Origin: Acidimicrobiia bacterium
Lineage (GTDB): Bacteria; Actinomycetota; Acidimicrobiia; Spongiisociales; ZC4RG35
Reading direction: 5' to 3'
Length of the DNA: 64,000 nt
Assembly: GCA_040905905.1 (NCBI GenBank)
Contig: JBBDQN010000031.1
Span: 150,637-214,636, forward strand
Shown one piece after another: positions 47,606 to 55,433 of this stretch (position 1 is its first letter; every line of letters begins with the position of its first letter). The position numbers and the translations under genes were made by a program. Under the pieces are notes generated by a model. The model saw nothing but the letters and a program-made list of their open reading frames with translations, had not been told where the DNA came from and did no database searches.

Positions 47606-47970
47606 CCGAAGGCACCGATGCGCTGACCGGCTACCGCCGCGGCTAGCCCACCCATCACGGAAGCAGTGACATAGCCGGCAGCGGTCCATGGGTGGCCGTC
47701 AGCGAGCAGATGGACAACGTCGAGGCTGAACGCCGAGAAAGTCGTAAACGAACCCAGGACACCGATCGCCCAGAACTGCAGAGACCATCGTCCGCCCACA
47801 GACCGTTCCCTTCGAGACAGGTAGAGACCCAGTAGGAAGGATCCACCGAGGTTGACTGCCAGGACACCGGCCGGAAACGCTCCACGTGGAGTGGGAACCC
47901 ACAACCCGATCCCGGAACGGACCGCCGAACCGACGAATCCCCCGGCGGCCACGGCGGACAATGCCCTCAT
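47602..47970 (-). CDS. crcB: Fluoride ion exporter CrcB/FluC (subunit 2)
   Basis: GSFTTFSAF motif and 4 transmembrane segments. It is a tandem pair typical of heterodimeric Fluc. Confidence 0.85.
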   Translation of the reverse strand: MRALSAVAAGGFVGSAVRSGIGLWVPTPRGAFPAGVLAVNLGGSFLLGLYLSRRERSVGGRWSLQFWAIGVLGSFTTFSAFSLDVVHLLADGHPWTAAGYVTASVMGGLAAAVAGQRIGAFG

Positions 47971-48524
47971 TCTATTGTTCCCGGAGCCATCAGTTCGGCC
48001 AGTTTGCGGACGGTGTTGCAGTTGCGGATCGTCATTCCTCTATATAGCTCTGAGCCAACGAGCTGCCTCAGTCCACTGCGGTTCACGTTGGTCCGATCCA
48101 CCCGCCAGATGATGGCTCCGGGGACGTAGACCACGTCCTCGAGGTTAGGTTTGATCTTCAGCTCCGCGAGGATGTCCTTTCGGTCGAATCGCTCCCAAAG
48201 AAACATGACGTCGCATCTCATAGTCTTGTCGTTGGTCCAGTTGTCAGGGATGGCTTTGGTCGTTTTCCTGATCGCCGCCAGGTCACGAATCAGCACCTTG
48301 ATCTGGAACCCGAAGTCCTGTTCGATCGCCTTCTCGAGAGCGGAGATGATGGTGGCGGGCTTGCGTCGGCTGTCCTTGAAAATGACGTTGCCCGAATTGA
48401 TATAGGTGGTCACGTCGGTCAGCCCTACCTCCTCGAAGGTCCTCTTGAGGCGCGGCATCGCCATTTTGTTCTTCCCACCAACGTTGATGCCTCGCAGGAG
48501 CGTCACGTAGATCATCGGAACCAT
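47967..48524 (-). CDS. DUF1697 domain protein
   Basis: N-terminal YVTLLRGINVGGKNKMAMPRLK....TYINSGNVIF matches PF08002. GC3 is noticeably lower than in neighbouring genes, and the 3' end contains repeat copy B (47988-48024). Confidence 0.75.
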   Translation of the reverse strand: MVPMIYVTLLRGINVGGKNKMAMPRLKRTFEEVGLTDVTTYINSGNVIFKDSRRKPATIISALEKAIEQDFGFQIKVLIRDLAAIRKTTKAIPDNWTNDKTMRCDVMFLWERFDRKDILAELKIKPNLEDVVYVPGAIIWRVDRTNVNRSGLRQLVGSELYRGMTIRNCNTVRKLAELMAPGTIE

Positions 48525-48562
48525 TCAACCCACCTTTTTGAGGGAGATATCCTCGGCCAGCC

Positions 48563-49264
48563 TTGTTCAATGAAGAAACCGAGCTCGACAGGCTCTACGC
48601 GGCTCCCCTCGAGGAGTTCACGAAGCTCCGCAACGAGATCGGCGGCCAGGCCCGCAAAGATGGTGACCAGGCGGTTGCCTCCCGGATCGGGGCTCTAAAG
48701 AAGCCGTCGGTGTCGGCATGGGTGGTCAATCAGCTTGCTCGCACGGGCCAGGTCGAATTGCAGCGGCTAATCAAGGCGGGCGAGGCGCTCGAGGAGGCCC
48801 AGCGCGATTCCGTGTCTGGGAAGGGCCCTAGCGGGTTCGAGACGGCTCGCAAGGATGAGAGCGATGCGATTCGACTGCTCCGCGCCGCCGTCAAGCAGGT
48901 GCTTCCCTCGGTATCGGCCGCGGTCCTCGATCGGGTCATCAACTCTTTGCGGGCAGGAGTGGCATCTCCGGAGGGACGCGAGATCCTCAAGAAGGGTCGA
49001 CTGACCGAGGATCTGGAACCATCCGGGTTCGGAGCCTTCTCGGGAATACCGACCTCGAGCCTCACCAAACCAAGCAAGATCGACACTCTCCGGCGACGTC
49101 GACAGGAGGCTGAAACCAAAGCCACTGACCTCGAAATGCGAGCGCAGGAAGCCGAGAAACTGGCCAAGAGAACATCTATGGATGCTGCCGCGGCCCGCAA
49201 GCGAGCAGGCGAGGCTTTGGCCCAGTTGCAAAAAATCGAAGGCGAGCTAGCCGACCTCGACTAG
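48563..49264 (+). CDS. Hypothetical protein with a C-terminal coiled-coil (233 aa); the TTG start is uncertain
   Basis: ORF with high coding bias and a C-terminal heptad-like charged region RRRRQEAETKATDLEMRAQEAEKLAKR. Confidence 0.5.
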   Translation: MFNEETELDRLYAAPLEEFTKLRNEIGGQARKDGDQAVASRIGALKKPSVSAWVVNQLARTGQVELQRLIKAGEALEEAQRDSVSGKGPSGFETARKDESDAIRLLRAAVKQVLPSVSAAVLDRVINSLRAGVASPEGREILKKGRLTEDLEPSGFGAFSGIPTSSLTKPSKIDTLRRRRQEAETKATDLEMRAQEAEKLAKRTSMDAAAARKRAGEALAQLQKIEGELADLD

Positions 49265-49342
49265 ATCTGACTGACGGGCTGGGCTACCCGGGAACACCAG
49301 CAGAGGAGCCCTACGCCTTCCTCGCGCCGTACTCTCTGGTAA

Positions 49343-49702
49343 ATGCCCACAGCCATAGACGAGTATCTGGCGTCCGTCCCTGATGAGGTGGTCCGGGCTG
49401 CCCTCGAGAAACTACGTCAAACCATCAAGAGCGTGGTTCCCGACGCCATTGAGGTGATCAGCTACAAGATCCCCTCTTTCAAGTATCAGGGTCGAATGTT
49501 GGTGGGCTTCAATGCCACCAAAGAAGGTTGCACCCTCCACCTATTGAGCAGCTCGGTTTTGGGCACCCATGCCGCCGATGTCCAGGGTTACAAGACCGGG
49601 AAAGGATCTATCCGCTTTGTGGCTGACCAACCGCTTCCGGCCGCTTTGGTCAAGAAACTCGTCAGGGCGCGAATCGCCGAAAACGAAGCCCGTTCCGGCT
49701 AG
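49343..49702 (+). CDS. DUF1801 (YdhG-like) domain protein
   Basis: 119 aa; [11 protein letters not shown]....[18 protein letters not shown] is typical of DUF1801. Confidence 0.7.
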   Translation: MPTAIDEYLASVPDEVVRAALEKLRQTIKSVVPDAIEVISYKIPSFKYQGRMLVGFNATKEGCTLHLLSSSVLGTHAADVQGYKTGKGSIRFVADQPLPAALVKKLVRARIAENEARSG

Positions 49703-50847
49703 TACAGGAACATCGGTTTGCCGAGGACATGGCGAACCTTTGGTAGATAGTTCTCACGGTCGTAGAGCTCGTCGACATCTACCCGTTTGACTCCTTCTCG
49801 TGTCGCCTCGATCGGCACGTGGGTGTAAGTCCCTCCCCGTAGGGCCACCATTCGACCGTGGCTTCCTTCAAGGGCTAGGTTCGCTGCCATCACCGCATAA
49901 TTGGTGGCGACCATCAGATCGAGCGAGTCAGGGGTGCCGGACCGCATCAAGTATCCGACCTGCTGATAGAGAACGTCGTGGCCAGTCCGCTCCTTTAACA
50001 ACTCACAGGTAAGTGCCCCGATCCCGCCCAGTTTGCGATGCCCGTAGGCGTCGGCCGCACCGGAGAGATAGATGTCGCCTTCCACCAATCGGGCGCCTTC
50101 GGAGATGGTCATCATGGCGTAGTTCGATGGGTTGAAGGCCCGATCCGCTAACAGAAAACCGGCCAGACGGTCGATGTCGAAGGGCTCCTCGGAGATGATC
50201 GCCCGATCCACCCCGGAGAGATAGGCCGTGATCAGCGAAGTCTCCCCGCTGTAGCGACCGAACAGCTCGACCACCGCGATCCGCTCGTGGGAGCCGGCGG
50301 CAGTACGGAGGCTGTGAATGAACTGGACACCTCGGGTGACAGCGGTCGAGAAACCAATGCAGTAATCGGTCCCGTGCACGTCGTTGTCCATCGTCTTGGG
50401 GATGGCGATCACGGGAACACCTTCTTGGTGGAGGCGGAACCCGTAGGAAAGGGTGTCGTCACCGCCAATGGGGATGAGCACCTCGATCCCATGCTTTTCG
50501 AGGACCCGCAGCACATTTGGGGTCACGTCGTGGGGACCTTCGCCTTCGGTCTGCCCAAACAAGAACTGCGGAAGTTCGGCGGTTCGCACGTTGGCCGGAT
50601 TGGTGCGAGAAGTGTGGAGGAATGTACCCCCGGTGCGGTCTACGGTCCGCACCAGCCGCGGGTCGAGCGGCAGGAGGTTGGCGACGGCCGTTCGTTCGTC
50701 TTCGGGGTCAGTGAAAGCCAACCCGGCCCAGCCGCGACGTATCCCGACCACCTCGTGACCATCGCCCATTACCCGGTTCACGACCGCCTTGATGCAGGCG
50801 TTGAGGCCGGGGACGTCACCGCCTCCGGTCAGGATGCCGATTCGCAT
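49699..50847 (-). CDS. 6-phosphofructokinase, PfkA family. Residue markers suggest pyrophosphate dependence.
   Basis: [17 protein letters not shown] and a GGDDT motif (Asp at the E. coli Gly104 position). PKTMDND has Lys at the E. coli Gly124 position. Under the Gly104/Gly124 versus Asp104/Lys124 rule for ATP- versus PPi-dependent PFKs, these markers point to PPi dependence. Confidence 0.8.
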   Translation of the reverse strand: MRIGILTGGGDVPGLNACIKAVVNRVMGDGHEVVGIRRGWAGLAFTDPEDERTAVANLLPLDPRLVRTVDRTGGTFLHTSRTNPANVRTAELPQFLFGQTEGEGPHDVTPNVLRVLEKHGIEVLIPIGGDDTLSYGFRLHQEGVPVIAIPKTMDNDVHGTDYCIGFSTAVTRGVQFIHSLRTAAGSHERIAVVELFGRYSGETSLITAYLSGVDRAIISEEPFDIDRLAGFLLADRAFNPSNYAMMTISEGARLVEGDIYLSGAADAYGHRKLGGIGALTCELLKERTGHDVLYQQVGYLMRSGTPDSLDLMVATNYAVMAANLALEGSHGRMVALRGGTYTHVPIEATREGVKRVDVDELYDRENYLPKVRHVLGKPMFLY

Positions 50848-50859
50848 TGATGCCCTTCG

Positions 50860-51378
50860 TTGTGCGCTGGTCCATATTGGCGCGTTGTGGTTCTCGTCAA
50901 AGGATCCAACAGCTGCCCGACCGAGCCAACCGACGGCGTCGGGTACCCTCCCTGGTCGGTGAGAGAGTCAAGCATCCGCCGTCTTTCGAGGATTCACCGA
51001 CTCCTTTTTGAGGTGACCGCCGGTGTGATCGGTCGCCGTCTGGTTGCCAACGACATGCTGCTGCTCACCACGATCGGCCGTCGGTCGGGCAAGCCACACA
51101 CCGTGCCCCTCCTTTACATTGAAGACGGGGACCGGTTTGTCGTCATTGCATCATTTGGTGGCCGACAGCACCATCCCGCCTGGTACCTCAACCTCACCGC
51201 CAATCCGAATGTGGAGGTGCAGGTCCGCAACCGACGGTTTCCGGCTCTCGCCATGACGGCTTCGCCCGAGGACCGATCGCGGCTCTGGCCGCAGATCACA
51301 GAGACCTATCGCGGCTACGCCGCTTACCAAACGCGGACCGATCGGACCATCCCGGTGGTTTTTCTCAGTTCGCTGTAG
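50860..51378 (+). CDS. Deazaflavin (F420)-dependent nitroreductase family protein (DUF385/Ddn-like). The start is uncertain; it may be the GTG at 50959.
   Basis: [20 protein letters not shown]....[18 protein letters not shown] is the hallmark DUF385 pattern. Confidence 0.7.
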   Translation: MCAGPYWRVVVLVKGSNSCPTEPTDGVGYPPWSVRESSIRRLSRIHRLLFEVTAGVIGRRLVANDMLLLTTIGRRSGKPHTVPLLYIEDGDRFVVIASFGGRQHHPAWYLNLTANPNVEVQVRNRRFPALAMTASPEDRSRLWPQITETYRGYAAYQTRTDRTIPVVFLSSL

Positions 51379-51427
51379 TGCGGGTTCGGGGACGTACCTT
51401 CCACGGGTCGTCGGTTCGACCGAGGTT

Positions 51428-51598
51428 GTGATCGCATCCTTCAGTGACAAACCAGGCGAACTTGGCTCTATGGCCCGGCGGATTGCCGACACGGGCACCA
51501 ATATCAAGCTGGTCTACATCACCTGTGATGGCCGGATTGCGTTCGCCACCGACAACAACGCCGCTGCCGGGGAGGCTCTCGGCGCCTGACGCTCTGCC
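51428..51598 (+). CDS. Short ACT-domain-like ORF (56 aa), possibly a remnant
   Basis: VIASFSDKPGELGSMARRIADTGTNIKLVYITCDGRIAFATDNN matches the first roughly two thirds of an ACT fold. There is no ATG and only a weak RBS, and the ORF is wedged between convergent genes. Confidence 0.3.
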
Positions 51599-52105
51599 TC
51601 ATCCGTTGCGGGGGACGAAGTTTTCGACGAAGCCGTAGCCGAGGAATGCGATGGCGGTAATCGCCGCCGCCGCCAGGACCAAAACCTGGAAACGACCCAG
51701 CCTCAAGGCAACAGTCATGGCCGGGGCGGCAGGCTGGTGGTCAATGGTGATACGCACTCCGGGGAGCAGCACGAGGGCCACGGCAACGAACGGGCTCAGG
51801 ACAACCACCCACTCCCCCACAGGTGATCGGAAGAGCGGGTCGAGGATGTGACTCTCCGAACCGGTCACCTCGTTCGCCAGATTGATCCCCAGAAAGAGCA
51901 GCGGCATCAACATGAGAAATGCGGCCAGCTTCGTGAGTCGTTGAGTCATTTGATCACCTCCGGGCGATCTGGTCCAGGCATCGATAGCTCCCCGGATTAG
52001 GTCGACATCGGTCCGCCAACCGGGCGAAGAGGCGGCAATCTCGTCTATCTCAGGACCGTGTCGTCGGCGCCACTCGGGTGGGTAGAGCCGTATCAGCCTG
52101 CTCAT
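51599..52105 (-). CDS. Membrane protein of unknown function co-transcribed with the PadR regulator
   Basis: 168 aa with 3-4 hydrophobic segments; it overlaps the padR stop by 4 nt. Confidence 0.55.
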   Translation of the reverse strand: MSRLIRLYPPEWRRRHGPEIDEIAASSPGWRTDVDLIRGAIDAWTRSPGGDQMTQRLTKLAAFLMLMPLLFLGINLANEVTGSESHILDPLFRSPVGEWVVVLSPFVAVALVLLPGVRITIDHQPAAPAMTVALRLGRFQVLVLAAAAITAIAFLGYGFVENFVPRNG

Positions 52106-52404
52106 GAAGTTGCCAGTCTGGTCGTGCCGGTGGTCACGACCCCTTGGAGTGAGTTCAACTCGGCCGCCAGGGCCACCTTCCCGCTTCGGGTGAGCCGGTA
52201 GGGCCGCCTCCGGTTGTGTTCGGGCATCGCCTCAATCAAGCCGTCTTCCTCCAGCCTGGCTATGGCTCCGTAAAGAGTGCCGGGACCCGGTCGCTTTCCT
52301 CGCAGGCGCTCGATTTCTTCCATCAGCGCATACCCGTGCTTGGGGCCATCCGCCAGCCCCACCATGATGAGCAGGCCTATTTCAGAGAAGCGGCCGAGTT
52401 CCAT
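52102..52404 (-). CDS. PadR family transcriptional regulator
   Basis: Winged HTH GPKHGYALMEEIERL....GTLYGAIARLEEDGLIE. Confidence 0.85.
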   Translation of the reverse strand: MELGRFSEIGLLIMVGLADGPKHGYALMEEIERLRGKRPGPGTLYGAIARLEEDGLIEAMPEHNRRRPYRLTRSGKVALAAELNSLQGVVTTGTTRLATS

Positions 52405-52525
52405 TCGGGCATACTACGTTGCGCGTACTACTACGTCAACCGTATGACCGGCAGTCTCGGGCCGAAGTGCGAAGATGGGTGTCGAAAGTCAAACTTCGAG
52501 TCTGCCTAAGACCGGGAGCGATCGC

Positions 52526-53041
52526 ATGGAAACCTGGGACGCCATTACCTCAAGACGCAACATTCGAGAGTTTTCAAACCAGACCATCGAGGCTGGCTCC
52601 CTCGACCGGATTCTGGAGGCTGGACGGCGGACCCCTTCCTCCCGCAACTGGCAACCGTGGGACTTCGTGGTGGTGATTGACGCGGCGCAACGAGCCGAGC
52701 TCGCCGGGGTGTGGAGGGGCGCCTGGCACGTGGCCAATGCCCCGGTGGCGGTTGCCATCATTGCCCCCCAGCTTGATACCGAGCGGGAACAGCACATCCT
52801 CCACTTCGATCTCGGTCAAGCGGTTATGTCGATGATGCTCGCGGCAGCCGATCTCGGGATCGGCACGGGACACGCGGCGGTCGCCGACCAGGACCTGGCC
52901 CGCTCGATCCTGGAATTTCCCGATGACCGATTCTGTGCATATCTCATCTCGTTCGGCTTTCCTGTCGATGGTCCCCTGCGCCCTCTCAAGTCGGTCAATC
53001 GCCGCTCCTTCGAAGAGATTGTTCATCGCCATCGCTGGTAG
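52526..53041 (+). CDS. Nitroreductase family protein
   Basis: The ATG at 52526 is chosen over the longer ORF; AITSRRNIREF.....RRTPSSRNWQPWDFVVV matches the nitroreductase fold. Confidence 0.75.
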   Translation: METWDAITSRRNIREFSNQTIEAGSLDRILEAGRRTPSSRNWQPWDFVVVIDAAQRAELAGVWRGAWHVANAPVAVAIIAPQLDTEREQHILHFDLGQAVMSMMLAAADLGIGTGHAAVADQDLARSILEFPDDRFCAYLISFGFPVDGPLRPLKSVNRRSFEEIVHRHRW

Positions 53042-53389
53042 TTAGTCCGCGGACGCCTACATCGTTTGGGACATTGCCAGCTCGGTTGATTGACGCACCG
53101 GTAGCTACACCAGCACGGGGTTTTATGTCGTCGTTGTGTCTTCGGTGATTATCCACGGATCGTCTCCCTGACAGATAGGCCCGGGCCGCTGTGCCAGGAC
53201 CATGCCGTCGAGGGTGCGGGCGGTGAGGTCCGGATCGATGCACTCTTGGCCGGAGAATGCTCTGCTCGCACGTGCTGACCGTACCCGCTGAAGTCAGTTT
53301 GGCTTGATGGCTTGCTCAAGTGGCGTCCGACGGTCTGAGGCCGAGGGTTGTATTTCGGCGAAGTGGGATATCACCCGCGCTGGGGATCA

Positions 53390-53500
53390 TTCTTTGGCGT
53401 CCCAGCGTCGGCCCAGACGTTCTTTGGCGCGCCAGCGACGAAAACGGTTGGTCAGACACCAAAGAACCTCCGAAGCGACGCCTGGGCGCCAAAGAACTCC
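53390..53500. repeat. Array of four roughly 19-nt repeat units (consensus GTTCTTTGGCGnCCAGCG) in ->->,<-<- orientation, spaced about 30 nt apart, within a 660-nt non-coding gap
   Basis: The forward copies at 53390 and 53420 and the reverse copies ending near 53470 and 53500 are directly visible. No credible CDS spans them. Confidence 0.5.
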
Positions 53501-53703
53501 ACCGGGCCCATCCACGGCACGCATCACCAGCAACGTTCCCCTCATTGCTGCTCTGGCTTTGACTGCCAGGTCCCCTTGACCAGAGCCAAGCTGACCCACT
53601 ACCGGACATTGGGCTACAGCCGCCAAAGCAGTAGGGTTAGCACCGCTAGACCTATGAAGGAGCGCGGCCATACAACCTCAACACTCCACCAGGCGGGTCT
53701 GAC

Positions 53704-53964
53704 ATGCCCCAACGAGGCCGGGAAGGCATGGGCAAACGCGCCCGAGAGTTGGCCCGTCAGGAAAAGCAGGAGAACAAGAAACTCCGTCGCGAGGCCTTAA
53801 TCGAGGTTTCCCGCACCGCCCAGGCACCCGACACCACTGCCTTGATGGAGGAATTCCATCGTCTAAGTGAACAACGGGCGGCCAAAACGGTCAGCGAGTC
53901 CCACTATTTTGAGGAACGCCGGCGGATTATGGAGAAACTCGGCATCGAAGATCCCGTCGAGTAG
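53704..53964 (+). CDS. Small highly charged hypothetical protein (about 78-86 aa); the start may be the ATG at 53728
   Basis: ORF with high GC3 and a basic/acidic helical composition; no family was recognised. Confidence 0.4.
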   Translation: MPQRGREGMGKRARELARQEKQENKKLRREALIEVSRTAQAPDTTALMEEFHRLSEQRAAKTVSESHYFEERRRIMEKLGIEDPVE

Positions 53965-54165
53965 TCGCCGCCGATAGCAGTCTGTTCGGCTGACGGGAGA
54001 ATCCGAGTAGACTTGTCTACAGCACGTCGCGACGCGTGCAGCGCCCTCTTTGCTCCCTTAACCGTCGAGTGAAGTCACCGCAGGAACAGCCTGTTCTATC
54101 CGAGTCGGCCGCAACCTGCGGGGCGTCGGCTTCCGACGGTGATCGAGCCCTGGAAGGAGCATCGA

Positions 54166-54360
54166 ATGTCCGGACGACATGCGGGCAAGGCCACAGGCTT
54201 TGTCAACAAACATATCGATGGCAATCGGCAACGCTGCATCAGTTGCGGCCACCCTCGCAAAGAACACCGCAACGAGGGCTGCTCAATACCCCAATGCAAA
54301 TGTGTCGAATACGCCGCACTGGCGAGTATCACACCTAAGGCTGCTCAGCTAGAGAAGTAG
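54166..54360 (+). CDS. Small Cys-rich protein (64 aa), a putative zinc-binding protein
   Basis: The RBS GGAAGGAG lies 6 nt upstream of the ATG. Cys spacing is C-x2-C-x11-C-x4-C-x-C. Confidence 0.45.
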   Translation: MSGRHAGKATGFVNKHIDGNRQRCISCGHPRKEHRNEGCSIPQCKCVEYAALASITPKAAQLEK

Positions 54361-54379
54361 ACCTTCGAACCCACGGCGC

Positions 54380-55333
54380 CTAAGCCACCTCGTCGGTCTT
54401 GGTCGAGTCAAGTTCGGTCGCGCTCTCGTCGAATGGAAGGGCTGGCTGGGCGCTCAATGGCACCACAAGTGCGCTCGGAGTAGCGGCTTGTGCGTTTTCC
54501 AAATGGGTGAGCTGATCGTCGAAGAAGATATGCGGTTTTAGAGCTGCCAGTACCCCGGACTTGTCGATGCCTCCAAGAAAGAAGGTTTCGTTCAAGCGGA
54601 TCCCCCAATGTCGGAGGGTGTTCACGACCCGCCTGTGAGCGGGTGCGGCTCGAGAGGTCACCAGAGCGAGCCTGATCGGAGACTCTTCCGCGGGAAATCT
54701 CATTTGGATCCCGGCCAAGCTCTCCAGGAACGGTTTGAAGGGGCCAGGACTCATTGCCACGTCCGCCAGGTCAGCTTCGCGCTCGTTGAACGCCTCCAAC
54801 CCTTGCGTCTGGAACACATGCTCGGACTCGTGATCGAAAAGCACCGCGTCGCCATCGAAGGCGATGCGGACCTCGCCGAGGGGTCCGGCATCATCCGAAG
54901 ACCTGGCGGGTCTCATGACAAGTGCCGCCGGGCGATTGTTACGAAGGGCTTCCTCGACGTCCTCTTGATGGGCCGATAGAAAGAGGTCGCAGGCAAACGC
55001 CTGCAGGAAGGGCCAAGGAGGTTTGCCGTCGGTGAAGGCCGCCCTGGTGATGTCAAGTCCATGAGCCTCGATCGAGTTCAGGATTCTGATTCCAGAATCG
55101 GCGTCGTTCCTCGAGATCACGACGACTTCGACCAGGCGCTCGCTCGTGAGTGCGTTTATGCGAAGCAAGTTGGCGACCAGGGAGAAGCCGGTGCCAGGGT
55201 CGAGAGTCAGCAACTCGCGTTGCTGCTGGTGGGCCCGATAGGCAGATATCCCGTCGTTCTTGAACACGCTGTCTGCCTCTTCCAAATCGAAGAGCGCCCG
55301 GGATGTAATCCCGATTACGAGTTTGTTTGCCAT
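54380..55333 (-). CDS. 5'-nucleotidase family protein (PF06189-like, cN-II-related HAD-type)
   Basis: About 318 aa from the ATG at 55333 (alternative ATG 55345). The upstream part of the long ORF is low-complexity and rejected. Confidence 0.5.
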   Translation of the reverse strand: MANKLVIGITSRALFDLEEADSVFKNDGISAYRAHQQQRELLTLDPGTGFSLVANLLRINALTSERLVEVVVISRNDADSGIRILNSIEAHGLDITRAAFTDGKPPWPFLQAFACDLFLSAHQEDVEEALRNNRPAALVMRPARSSDDAGPLGEVRIAFDGDAVLFDHESEHVFQTQGLEAFNEREADLADVAMSPGPFKPFLESLAGIQMRFPAEESPIRLALVTSRAAPAHRRVVNTLRHWGIRLNETFFLGGIDKSGVLAALKPHIFFDDQLTHLENAQAATPSALVVPLSAQPALPFDESATELDSTKTDEVA

Positions 55334-55433
55334 GCTGAAGGGCATAATCAGTCCGTGGTGACGACCACAAACTAATCGGTCATCACCTTTGAAACGAGGG
55401 ACCGGTCGGGTGAGGGCGTTAGGGTCGCCGCTC

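Noticed and set aside
47971-48562. Fluoride (crcB) riboswitch upstream of the crcB genes
   Set aside because: The crcB genes overlap the upstream DUF1697 gene, and only 38 nt separate that gene from the divergent neighbour, which leaves no room for the motif. No conserved riboswitch-like sequence was seen.
54084-54096. GAACAGCCTGTTC as a LexA/Cheo SOS box
   Set aside because: The actinobacterial LexA box has a 4-nt spacer between GAAC and GTTC. This one has 5 nt, so it was not called as an SOS operator.
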